NCBI GenBank assembly: GCA_964016885.1
Contig: OZ024757.1
Span: 434,001-498,000 of the forward strand
DNA from: Eledone cirrhosa
Lineage: Eukaryota
Reading direction: 5' to 3'
Length of the DNA stretch: 64,000 bases
Part shown: positions 29,330 through 41,159 of the stretch, one piece after another
Layout of the letters: each line of letters opens with the position of its first letter
Numbering within the stretch: position 1 is the stretch's first letter
Made by a program: the position numbers and the translations under genes
The notes under the pieces: model-generated
Told to the model about the DNA's origin: nothing
What the model saw: the letters and a program-made list of their open reading frames with translations, nothing else
Database searches by the model: none

Positions 29330-32300
29330 TCAACAAGGTTGTAGAGATGCTTCAACATGAAGAAGTTGATGTGTGTTGTGTCCAAGAGACCAGGTAGAGG
29401 GGTGGGTCTGCTAGATTTATTGTGGGTAAAATACGATGCTATAAACTTTTCTGGGTGGGAAATTACAAAGGGCTGGGTGGAGTAGAAATTATGTTAGCTG
29501 AAAAATGGGTAGATAAGGTAATTGACGTAAATACAGTGAATGACAGAATATTTAAAATAAGACTTGTCCTAAATAGAACTACCTGGCATTATAAAAGATT
29601 CTATGAGTCGCTAATGCTCACTACCTCCCAAATAAACGACAGTGATTACATAATTATTGCTGGCGACTTAAATAGTCATGTTGGACAACATTGTGACGGC
29701 TATGACAGAAACCATGGTGGCTATGGGTTTGGTACTAGAAATGAGGAAGGCTTCAGAATCCTGGAATTCTGTAACACAAACTTCAAAAAAGGAGACAATC
29801 ACTTGATCACCTATAGATCAGGGGAACATGCCAGTCAGATAGATTATATCCTTACCAGAAGACGTGACAGAGTGTCTATTGTAAAAACTAAATCTCTCCC
29901 CCGTGAAGAATGCACCTCCCAACATAGCCTCATAGTTAGTGACCTCATAGTCAGGACTAGACATACTCAAAAATAAAAGAATACCTTGAGGAGAAGAATA
30001 TGGAAGTTGAAGGACCCCTCAGCCAGTAACAAATTTAAAAGCATATTACTTGATGCTTTTGACAGTAAGGAAGAGCAATTAGAGATATACAATATAGAGG
30101 AATAGGGGGAATTCCTGAAAGTTAACCTGCTGAAGGCAAAAGATGAGATCAGTGGCTGGAGTAGACCTATAGGCAGGAAGAGAGTAACGTGGTGGTGGAA
30201 CAGTAAGGTAGAGGAGTCAATCAAGGCCAAAAAGCAGGCTTGGAAAGTATGGTGAGATGGGGGAAGTAGAGAACACTATCAAGTGGCCAGGAGAGAAGCT
30301 AGGAAACACATATAGTTTGCAAGAAGGGAAGCAGAGGAAAGAAAGTTCAAGCATGTTCTACAACGCGAGGACCAAAAACGTGAGGTGTTCAGGATGGCTA
30401 GGCAATGTGTCAAGGAAAACCGTGATATTGTCGGGGAGAAGTGTGAGCGTAATGATGATGGTGTACTTGCCATCACTGATGCTGATAAGAAAGTAGCTTG
30501 GAAGTGTCACTACGAGAGACTACTAAATGAGGAGAATAAATGTAAAAAAGATAGTCTGCCCCAAATTGATCCAATAGAGGGACCAGCAGTGCAAGTTAAA
30601 GGTAGTATAATAAGTAAGGCAATCAAAGATATGAAGACAAGCAAGGCAGCTGGGCCTTCAGGGATAGTTGCTGAAATGCTCAAAGCATCTGGAATGGTGG
30701 GACACACTATGGTCATCCGGATAGTAAACCAAGTCATACAGAATGGGAATATACCAAATGACTGGCGTAGCAACAACATCATTAACTGCTACAAGGGTAA
30801 AGGAGATGCCCTAGATAGGGGAAACTATAGAGGCATTAAATTAGTTGACCAGGTCATGAAGGTCACAGAAAGAGTTATAGCACAACTAAGCAGAGAGCGA
30901 ATTGATCTAGATGAAATTCAGTTTGGGTTTGTGTCAGGTAAAAGTACCACAGATGCTCTTTTCCTTGTACAACAACTACAAAAGTTACCTAGCTAAAAGT
31001 AAACCCCTATACTTAGCTTTTGTTGACTTGGAGAAAGCCTTTAACAGAGTCCCCCGCTCCATTAGCTGGTGGGCTCTTAGAAAACTAGGTGTTGATGAAT
31101 GGCTTGTGAGAGCTATACAAGCCATGTATAAAGAAACAGTCAGCAAGGTTAGAATTAATGAATATAGTGAAGAATTTAGCGTAAAAGTTGGTGTTCATTA
31201 AGGCTCTGTCTTTAGCCCCCTCCTATTTATTATTGGCGTTCAGGCTATAACAGAGGAGTTCAAGACTGGCTGCCAATGGGAACTTCTATATGCAGATGAT
31301 GGTGCCAACCTTAACCGATGTTGCTCTATGAATAACTGGGACAAACCAATCCGAATGGATTAGACTGAACCAGTATCAGAGCTAAAAGTACATTATGAAG
31401 AGAGAAGAAACATTTAGATATAATTAGTAATAAGATGTATCATACCTAAACTGCTTCTAGATTCCTCGACTACGTAGTTTCGTGGCATAATCAAAAACAA
31501 TACATCACAGAGATATAGAGCTTTTGTGAGGTCTGCCGACTTATCAAGAGGATACCTCATTTTACTAGCTTCAAAGAACACGTCTATAAGATGTGAGATA
31601 GAATCCCAAAAGGCGGAGGGGGAGTCAGTCACGTGATACAACGGTCAAGAAACAGAGCTAAGCCCCTTATAACCCTGAAAAAAAATACCACGGAGGCGGA
31701 GGGGGTATTTATATCGAGGCCGTAGAAGAGGTGGTTAAGGAGGCAAGAAGTATGAGTAATGGCAGCTTTCCAACAGTCACTACACTTCAAGGATTACTCG
31801 ACCAGGGGGAGTTATAAACAATATATTGAGAAACACAGATACATGCGGACACACACATATTATTGGCGTTCACGCTATAACAGAGGAGTTCAAGACTGGC
31901 TGCCAATGGGAACTTCTATATGCAGATGATCTAACTCTCATAGCAGAATCGATGGGTGAACTAGAGAAGAAATTCCAAACATGGAAGCATGGCCTAGAAT
32001 CAAAGGCCTTAAAGTTAGCTTGTCTAAGACTAAAGTTCTAGTATGTAGAAAGGAAAATAGGGCACAGGTTACCTCTGGGAAATGGCCATGCTCAAAATCA
32101 GCAGTGGTGGAGGGTGCTCTGAAAGTACAGTAGCCAGAGTCAGAACGGGATGGAAAAAGTTCAGAGAGCTTATACCACTATTGGCCACTAAAGGTTTCTC
32201 TCTAAAAATGAAAGGCAGATTGTATGATGCCTGCATACGAACAGCAATGTTACATGGCAGTGAGACATGGGCACTGTGTGCAGAGGACCTGCACAGACTG

Positions 32301-33035
32301 GAGAGGAACAAAGCATGCATGCTCCGTTGGATGTGTAATTGTAATATACGTGAACGACAAAGGATAAATGAACTAAGTGAGAAATTAGGAATAAGAGGGA
32401 TCAGATGCTGTTTACTCGAGAGAAGACTATGTTGGTATCGTCATGTGATGTGCATGAAAAACGACAGCTGTATAAAAAAGTGCAGGGCGATCAGAATTGA
32501 TGGAAGTTACGGAGTAGGTAGACCCAGTAAAACCTGAGACGATTTGATCAATTCCGACCTTACACATTTACACCTCTCTAAGACAATGTCACTGAATCGA
32601 GATCTTTGGCGCTACATAGTAATACAGAAGACCCGCCTTACCTATATACAAAGCAAAACCTACAGTCAGTAGGCACCTCTTAACCAAATATACACCCCCA
32701 TTCCACTACCTCCCTTTCTCTATAAAGTAATGTTGGTACAACAACATACAGTCCAAATAAATGAAATAATGAGATCGAGATCATGTAAGTGTCACTACAA
32801 AAACACACAGTCCACACTGTAATGTGGCTGTGAAGGTAACACGGCAGAAACCTGGCAGTCCACACTGTAAACGTTGTTGGTGTTAGGAAGGGCATCCAGC
32901 TGTAGAAAACCTGCCAGATACAGTCCTATAAGAGCGAGACACGTTGACCTGACCAATCTTGCCTCAAGTGGGACAATTCCCATCTAAACCCATGCTAGCG
33001 TGGAAGATAGATGTTAAACAATGATGATGATTGAG
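29330..33035 (+). mobile_element. RTE-clade non-LTR retrotransposon (APE endonuclease plus RT), inactivated
   Basis: APE motifs VDVCCVQET, IIAGDLNSHVG and SQIDYIL; RT motifs KAAGPSG, NYRGIKL, FVDLEKAF, LLYADDL; C-terminal WKKFRELIPLL...ERRLCWY; 3' (gat)n tail near 33020; many stops and frameshifts. Confidence 0.93.
31301..31860 (+). other. 560-bp insertion in the RTE, near-identical to 39689-40247 and flanked by a 70-bp duplication of LINE sequence
   Basis: 31231-31300 is repeated at 31861-31930 (one mismatch); the insertion is absent from the paralogous RTE at about 52740-52810. Confidence 0.9.
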
Positions 33036-33369
33036 ATGATAGGTTTCTTATAAGCAGTTGATATCCCGTAACCTCTTGAGAATAAGCTGGTCCTAGTGAT
33101 CCAAAAGCACTTCACATCAGTAGTTTATCCCAGGTAGGTGTTGGTAATTAGGAGAGACAGAGTAATGATTTATCAAATAAGAGTAGTTAAGATGGGATTA
33201 ATTCACCATAATTGTTTATTGCATGATATATATTTCTGTGATATGGTTATTCATGTGACTTTATCAGATTCTTACACAATCATAGTTACAGTTATGTAAT
33301 GATTGGGATATGTCAGTGGGCATGTATAACTATCCTGTAGTAATGTCAGCTGGCATATGTATCATGAAT

Positions 33370-36143
33370 AGTAGTAGTAGTGAAATAACAAGGAATGATA
33401 TGAGAGGTTATTGACTACTGGTAATGATATAACAAGGAATGATATGACAGGCTATTGACTACTGGTAGTGATATAACAAAGAATGATATGACAGGTTATT
33501 GACTATTGGTAGTGATATAACAAGGAATGATATGACAGGCTATTGACTACTGGTAGTGATATAACAAGGAATGATATGACAGGCTATTGACTACTGGTAG
33601 TGATATAACAAGGAATGATATGACAGGCTATTGACTACTGGTAGTGATATAACAAGGAATGATATGACAGGCTATTGACTACTGGTAGTGATATAACAAG
33701 GAATGATATGAGAGGCTATTGACTACTGGTAGTGATATAACAAGGAATGATATGACAGGTTATTGATGACTTGTAGTGATATAACAAGGAATGATATGAC
33801 AGGCTATTGACTACTGGTAGTGATATAACAAGGAATGATATGACAGGCTATTGACTACTGGTAGTGATATAACAAGGAATGATATGACAGGTTATTGACT
33901 ACTGGTAGTGATATAACAAGGAATGATATGACAGGTTATTGGCTACTGGTAGTGATATAACAAGGAATGATATGACAGGTTATTGACTACTGCTAGTGAT
34001 ATAACAAGGAATGATATGACAGGTTATTGGCTACTGGTAGTGATATAACAAGGAATGATACGACAGGCTATTGACTACTGGTAGTGATATAACAAGGAAT
34101 GATATGACAGGTTATTGACTACTGGTAGTGATATAACAAGGAACGATATGACAGGCTATTGACTACTGGTAGTGATATAACAAGGAATGATATGACAGGT
34201 TATTGACTACTGGTAGTAGTGATATAACAAGGAATGATATGACAGGTTATTGGCTACTGGTAGTGATATAACAAGGATTGATATGACAGGTTATTGACTA
34301 CTGGTAGTGATATAACAAGGAATGATATGACAGGCTATTGACTACTGGTAGTGATATAACAAGGAATGATATGACAGGTTATTGACTACTGGTAGTGATA
34401 TAACAAGAATGATATGACAGGCTATTGACTACTGGTAGTGATATAACAAGGAATGATGACAGGTTATTGACTACTGGTAGTGATATAACAAGGAATGATA
34501 TGACAGGTTATTGACTACTGGTAGTGATATAACAAGGAATGATATGACAGGCTATTGACTACTGGTAGTGATATAACAAGGAATGATATGACAAGTTATT
34601 GACTACTGGTAGTGATATAACAAGGAATGATATGACAGGTTATTGACTACTGGTAGTGATATAACAAGGAATGATATGAGAGGTTATTGACTACTGGTAG
34701 TGATATAACAAGGAATGATATGACAGGCTATTGACTACTGGTAGTGATATAACAAGGAATGATATGACAGGTTATTGACTACTGGTAGTGATATAACAAG
34801 GAATGATATGACAGGTTATTGGCTACTGGTAGTGATATAACAAGGAATGATATGACAGGCTATTGACTACTGGTAGTGATATAACAAGGAATGATATGAC
34901 AGGCTATTGACTACTGGTAGTGATATAACAAGGAATGATATGACAGGTTATTGACTACTGGGAGTAGTGATATAACAAGGAATGATATGACAGGTTATTG
35001 GCTACTGGTAGTGATATAACAAGGATTGATATGACAGGTTATTGACTACTGGTAGTGATATAACAAGGAATGATATGACAGGCTATTGACTACTGTTAGT
35101 GATATAACAAGGAATGATATGACAGGTTATTGACTACTGGTAGTGATATAACAAGGAATGATATGACAGGCTATTGACTACTGGTAGTGATATAACAAGG
35201 AATGATGACAGGTTATTGACTACTGGTAGTGATATAACAAGGAATGATATGACAGGTTATTGACTACTGGTAGTGATATAACAAGGAATGATATGACAGG
35301 CTATTGACTACTGGTAGTGATATAACAAGGAATGATATGACAAGTTATTGACTACTGGTAGTGATATAACAAGGAATGATATGACAGGTTATTGACTACT
35401 GGTAGTGATATAACAAGGAATGATATGAGAGGTTATTGACTACTGGTAGTGATATAACAAGGAATGATATGACAGGCTATTGACTACTGGTAGTGATATA
35501 ACAAGGAATGATATGACAGGTTATTGACTACTGGTAGTGATATAACAAGGAATGATATGACAGGTTATTGGCTACTGGTAGTGATATAACAAGGAATGAT
35601 ATGACAAGTTATTGACTACTGGTAGTGATATAACAAGGAATGATATGACAGGCTATTGACTACTGGTAGTGATATAACAAGGAATGATATGAGAGGTTAT
35701 TGACTACTGGTAGTGATATAACAAGTAATGATATGAGAGGTTATTGACTACTATCAGTAGTGATATAACAAGGAATGATATAACAGGTTATTGGCTACTG
35801 GTAGTGATATAACAAGGAATGATATGACAGGCTATTGACTACTGGTAGTGATATAACAAGGAATGATATGACAGGCTATTGACTACTGGTAGTGATATAA
35901 CAAGGAATGATATGACAGGTTATTGACTACTGGTAGTAGTGATATAACAAGGAATGATATGACAGGTTATTGGCTACTGGTAGTGATATAACAAGTAATG
36001 ATATGAGAGGTTATTGACTACTATCAGTAGTGATATAACAAGGAATGATATAACAGGTTATTGACTACTATCAGTAGTGATATAACAAGGAATGATATGA
36101 GAGGTTATTGACTATTGGTAGTGATATAACAAGGAATGATATG
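33370..36143. repeat. 44-bp tandem satellite (GGTAGTGATATAACAAGGAATGATATGACAGG[CT]TATTGACTACT), about 63 copies
   Basis: Period of 44 bp (tattga at 33541 and 33585). Confidence 0.98.
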
Positions 36144-36478
36144 TGATAAAAAGGCAAATAATTATGTCTTCTAATTAATGTAACAATCTTCTTGGACGAT
36201 AATATCTCCCTCAAGGAAATGGAGAAATTATCTAAATATAAATATCTAGAGGTAGAAATAATTCAAATGTGGATGGTGAAAACAGAAACAATACCTGTAA
36301 TAATAGTTGCTCTGGGAATAAAAACAAAACAGAAAGACACATAACAGAAACCTCACAACTTACACACACACACACACATATATATATAACAGAAAGTAGC
36401 ACTACACACACACACACATATATATATATAACAGAAAGTAGCACTACTAGCTATTACACATATATTACATAGAGTACC
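36144..36478 (+). mobile_element. Fragment of a non-LTR retrotransposon with a restriction-like endonuclease (R2/R4/NeSL-type C-terminus)
   Basis: Manual translation: CLLINVTIFLDDNISLKEMEKLSKYKYLEVEIIQMWMVKTETIPVIIVALG ... QKVALLAITHILHRV, matching the RLE K-x2-KY-x-(D)L ... P-x3-GALG pattern. Confidence 0.75.
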
Positions 36479-36899
36479 CCCAGGACTTACATATATATGA
36501 TCGTGTCCACAAGACATGTATCAGACGGTGTTTCAGCTAACTCTATTAGAACCCTATTATGTACAGCCACCAACAAATGTCCCTTCACCATCAAAGCAGC
36601 CCCCTGATATACAATCCCTACTTGTCTGACTAATCCTGACATAGTCATAATTGTTTCTACTTTTGGTACAAGGCCAGCAATTATCACAGTGTATTACTGG
36701 TACTTTAGTCAATGAAACGAAACCCACGTTTAAATAAGTTTCAACCATAAGTAGATGAAGTGAACTAAATTGAAAGTGATTTAGACTAAAACGACGATAA
36801 CTTTAATTTACGTCAAACAGCGAGGTACAGTTAAATATAAAATATATTTTATAATATAAGGTAGTAAATAACATAATAAATAGACAGAGGTAATAGAAA

Positions 36900-37090
36900 T
36901 AATTGTTTCTACTTTTGGCACAAGGCCAGCAATTATTCTAGTGTATTACTGGTACTTTATTTTATCGACCCGTTTAGGATGAAAGGCAAAGTTAACCTCG
37001 GCGGGTCTTGAACTCAGTCCGTAAAGGGACGTAACTGTGCTGCAAAGCATGGCGTCCGACCCTCTACTGATACTGCCAATCCATCGCCCT
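36900..37090 (-). mobile_element. tRNA-derived SINE, present in cassette 1 only at this site
   Basis: The minus strand has an A-box-like tggcagtatcag and a B-box gagttcaagaccc, then gcctttcatcc...gtcgataaaataaagtaccag. Near-identical copies lie at about 40600, 45262 and 63298. Confidence 0.85.
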
Positions 37091-38524
37091 TGAAATAATA
37101 AAGACAGTCATGATAACAATATATTTTATATTACATGTAACAGTGGAATCTGTCTATTGAAAAATAACCCATTTCAGTTTGGAAGTATTTTTCTCTATAT
37201 ATAAAATGACGAGGTTGAAATATCTTTTCTCAGTGTTGTTATATATTTTCACTTTTATATAATTACTGTATCGTTGAAAGGTTCACATAATTCTATTTTT
37301 TACATACATTAATATAGACTTCAAATGAATCTTTGTCAACTTACCTCCTTCATATATAATCAATGTGTTGTTAGTTTTTACTAAGCAACAAAAGAAATAA
37401 TCTCTTTGTTGTTAAATTAGAAATTTCAAAGATGTTATCAGCTTTATTTCAGGACATCAACGTTGGTGTAACTTCTTCATATTTAGTCATGAATTGATAT
37501 CTTGTCAGAATAAAGTAGTGAGGCCGACTTTATGTCTTTAGCCAGAGATTTGATAGGAAATATGTATATATTAGGTTGATATGTGGTTTAAATATATATA
37601 TTGTCCACAAATGACTGATATCAGATATTCTGGTGAAATAGACGTTTTTCTACTACAGATTATAATGGAACTCTGAGTAGACACAATTGTAAAGTAAGAA
37701 TAGATATGACAGTATAAGACTGATGTCAGGGAAAGAAAATGATGTGTGTATATATATATTTAATTGTTACACAAGATATAATTAGACTAATTAAAGTTGT
37801 AATGAAGACAGCAGGTACGCGGTGTCGTTTACAATGTTTAAACTTTCTTACCGGTGTCGTACGTTAAAAGTCCCTGATATAATTTAATTCATTCAATCAC
37901 ATTTCCAATCGTATCTAATTGATGGTAAATCGAAAAGTATCACTCAGTTAAATATCGATAAGGAAACATCTACGTAGTATCTCACACTGCTAGAAATAGC
38001 AGCTAAATTATCTTTTACAGCTTTGTTTTTTGTTTAGACTCTCTTAATTTTGGTTATACAATCAACAACAGTAAGTCTTTTGTTCAGACTTCGGAATAAG
38101 GTCGTAGACCGTCAGGACATGCACGTGTGTGTTAATATATATATATATATATAAATAAATGTTGAGAAACATGCGTTAGGGGTTAGATCGAAAGGTGATG
38201 TGTTGTGTCCTTTAGCAAGACACTTTATTGCCAAGCTGTATCGGTCAAAGGGGGTCTTTGATATATATATAAAATAGAGGTGTGACACACGAGTTGTGAT
38301 ATATTAGTAAAAAGGAAAAGAAAATGCTGACAAATTTTTCCCAGTGAAAAATAGTTTAATTCGGAATAAGTATTAATTAGTATTTAGTTTTAAGTTTTTA
38401 CCGGTTGCGCATTTCTTATGCTTTTCAAAAATAATTTTGAGATAGAGTGGTTATTATTTTTGCTCTGATCTGATCAGTTTTGGAAATTCTTCCTGTTTTA
38501 TGTGAAAAAAAGTGGCTTGGCAGG

Positions 38525-38690
38525 CATTAAAATTTGGTTGGTTGTTGAATGTCACGTAAATAAGCACTATAAAATTCGCGCCAATTCGTGTGGCAAAAAT
38601 TCTTGTAGTCAAAACAATATTGATTGGTCGGTAGAAGTCACGTGAATGTTTAAATTGATTTTAGCGCAAGCTGGTTTCGCGTTAAATGTA
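38525..38690. promoter_or_regulatory. CpG-containing promoter-like motif cluster (CCAAT, CACGTG, E2F-like TTCGCGCC)
   Basis: gattgg followed by gtcacgtg, aattcgcgccaa and tttcgcg; conserved in cassette 2 (about 60200-60365, with TTTCGCGCCAAA). It could instead be a transposon fragment. Confidence 0.35.
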
Positions 38691-39217
38691 GGTTTGTCGA
38701 AGAGTGATCTTTTCCGCTTGATTGAGTTGCAGTCATGTTGAGAGGTCAACAGTTCAGGTGTCTATTAAGACAAATATGTGTGTGTGAGTAGCACTAAAGA
38801 ACATCAATAATAAAAGAGGTGAAATGATGTATAGTATTGTCATAACAAGGCGTGTGTGTGAGTCCAGATTGTACGTACTGCAAGGGGAATCCATTAGGCC
38901 CTGCCGTATGGGATACTTGTGTACAAATATGTATGCACCCATCATTGTGCAATACATGTGTGTGTATGCGTATGTGTGCGTGTCGGCACATGTATATCTA
39001 TAAACATCAAAAGGTATGCACATTTGTGTATATTTGTGTTGCGCCATAGAACGTGTGTTTACGTATGTCATTGTGTTTATATGTGGATAGAAATGTATGT
39101 AGGATGTATGCTGATGTAGATATGTATGACAACGTGTGTATGTTGTGGGTTCGTCTTAGGAAGAAGTGTTTAGACGGGGTCCGTATTTGTTAATAAAGTG
39201 AGATTCTTTATATATAT

Positions 39218-39590
39218 ATATCAATGATATTAATAGATGGAAGCTATATTTATATAGCCATATTTATTCTATTATATATATTTCAAGAATCAGACCTTAA
39301 CGGTTCAAGTTCCAGACGGAACTTGAACCGTTGAAGTCTCATTCCTGGGTATGTCACTATTTATAAAACAAACTTTGTATTTTATCTGATGAGAGCGTAC
39401 CAAAGTTTTGGTACCCTTGAAATATATATATAATAGAATAAATATGGTTTTATAAATAGTTTCCATTTATTATCATCATTGATATTATACTCGAGAAAAC
39501 CAGTCGAGTGCTCTGAAGATTCATAAATATATAAATATATAAATTTATAAATATATTTGTTGAATTACCAACAAATTAAATATCCCTATG
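39218..39590. mobile_element. Small (TA)n-flanked inverted-repeat element carrying a hammerhead motif (Penelope pseudo-LTR or retrozyme-like)
   Basis: Inverted arms of about 70 bp (39218-39287 and 39416-39485), an internal 15-bp perfect hairpin at 39299-39332, and a hammerhead core at 39386-39422. Confidence 0.65.
39378..39440 (+). ncRNA. Type I minimal hammerhead ribozyme
   Basis: Stem I UAUUUUAU/AUAGAAUA; core CUGAUGA (39386-39392); stem II GAGCGUACCAA...UUGGUACCCUU; GAAA (39419-39422); self-complementary (UA)n stem/loop III; predicted cleavage after AUA at 39432. Confidence 0.72.
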
Positions 39591-39688
39591 TTTATATATA
39601 TATATATATACAATATATTGAGTAACACACAGATACATGCGGACACACACATATACATGAATATATCCACATCCATCATTGAGTTAAT

Positions 39689-40247
39689 GGTGCCAACCTT
39701 AACCGATGTTGCTCTATGAATAACTGGGACAAACCAATCCGAATGGATTAGACTGAACCAGTATCAGAGCTAAAAGTACATTATGAAGAGAGAAGAAACA
39801 TTTAGATATAATTAGTAATAAGATGTATCATACCTAAACTGCTTCTAGATTCCTCGACTACGTAGTTTCGTGGCATAATCAAAAACAATACATCTCAGAG
39901 ATATAGAGCTTTTGTGAGATCTGCCGACTTATCAAGAGGATACCTCATTTTACTAGCTTCAAAGAACACGTCTATAAGATGTGAGATAGAATCCCAAAAG
40001 GCAGAGGGGGAGTCAGTCACGTGATACAACGGTCAAGAAACAGAGCTAAGCCCCTTATAACCCTGAAAAAAATACCACGGAGGCGGAGGGGGTATTTATA
40101 TCGAGGCCGTAGAAGAGGTGGTTAAGGAGGCGAGAAGTATGAGTAATGGCAGCTTTCCAGCAGTCACTACACTTCAAGGATTACTCGACCAGGGGGAGTT
40201 ATAAACAATATATTGAGAAACACAGATACATGCGGACACACACATAT
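39689..40247 (+). other. Donor copy of the 560-bp segment; the block is flanked by imperfect direct repeats of about 70 bp (39611-39682 and 40206-40273) and is absent from cassette 2
   Basis: Near identity with 31301-31860; cassette 2 joins the flanks through (TA)n at about 61575-61740. Confidence 0.8.
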
Positions 40248-40599
40248 ACATGAATATATCCACATACATCCTTGATATAAAAGACACAGAAGCGAAAAGC
40301 GAAAACCATAATGTACTATATATATATATATCTATATATACGTATATATAAACATACATATATATCCATATATATATACATACATTGAAGACCTCACTCT
40401 GTCATGAATGACCAAGAAAGTTTATATACATATATTTAGATATGAATGTATGAATATGTATATATAAATATATATACATATTGTTATACTTGGGGAGGGT
40501 CATATTTGTGTAATATTGCCAGAATCAATAACAGAACACACTCACTGTTTGGTTGGTTTTCACTTTTCGCTTCTGTGTCTTTTATATCGGAAATCTAAT

Positions 40600-40782
40600 A
40601 TAATTGTTTCTACTTTAGGCACAAGGCCAGCAATCACCCAGTGCATTACTGGTACTTTATTTTATCGACCCCGTAAGGATGAAAGGCAAAGTCAACCTCG
40701 GCGGGATTTGAACTCAGATCATAAAGGGACGTAACTATGCTGGAAAGCATGGCGTCCGACCCTCTACCGATACTTCCAAATC
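40600..40782 (-). mobile_element. tRNA-derived SINE nested in the Penelope 3' region
   Basis: Same family as 36900-37090; absent from the second Penelope copy (about 58190-58200). Confidence 0.85.
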
Positions 40783-40872
40783 ATATAATATACTCGGTCC
40801 TCAATGTTGCCATTGACTGACCGACGGTCAAAAATTATACAGATACAATATAGACACAAACACATATATATA

Positions 40873-40920
40873 GTTTATCATAAATCTTTCGCAGCACATC
40901 TGCAACATCATCAGTGGTTC
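40873..40920 (-). ncRNA. Degenerate hammerhead motif in the Penelope 3' terminal repeat
   Basis: Minus strand CUGAUGA-U-GUUGCAGAUGUGCUGC-GAAA-GAUUUA; stems imperfect. Confidence 0.4.
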
Positions 40921-41159
40921 TATTGTTTCCTCCTGTTGAATTGTATGGCTACGCCATTTTTATTCAGTCTCTCTATATATTTATTTATTTATTTGCTTGT
41001 TTGTTTATTTTATTTTGTCTTCTTTGCGCATGCGTTTGCGTGTGTGTATAGTGTTTTGTTTGATGTGTTCGTGATTGGGTGATTAATGTGTGTTTATGTG
41101 TTTGTTGTTATTGTGCTTGTGTATGTATTTATATATTTTATTTTATTTTATTTACTTAT

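Noticed and set aside
33370-36143. Common origin of the 44-bp and 40-bp satellites
   Set aside because: Only short shared words (CTACT, TAGTGA, GACA); no convincing full-length alignment.
36990-37090. tRNA gene
   Set aside because: A and B boxes are present but there is no cloverleaf, and it is followed by a SINE body repeated four times in the window.
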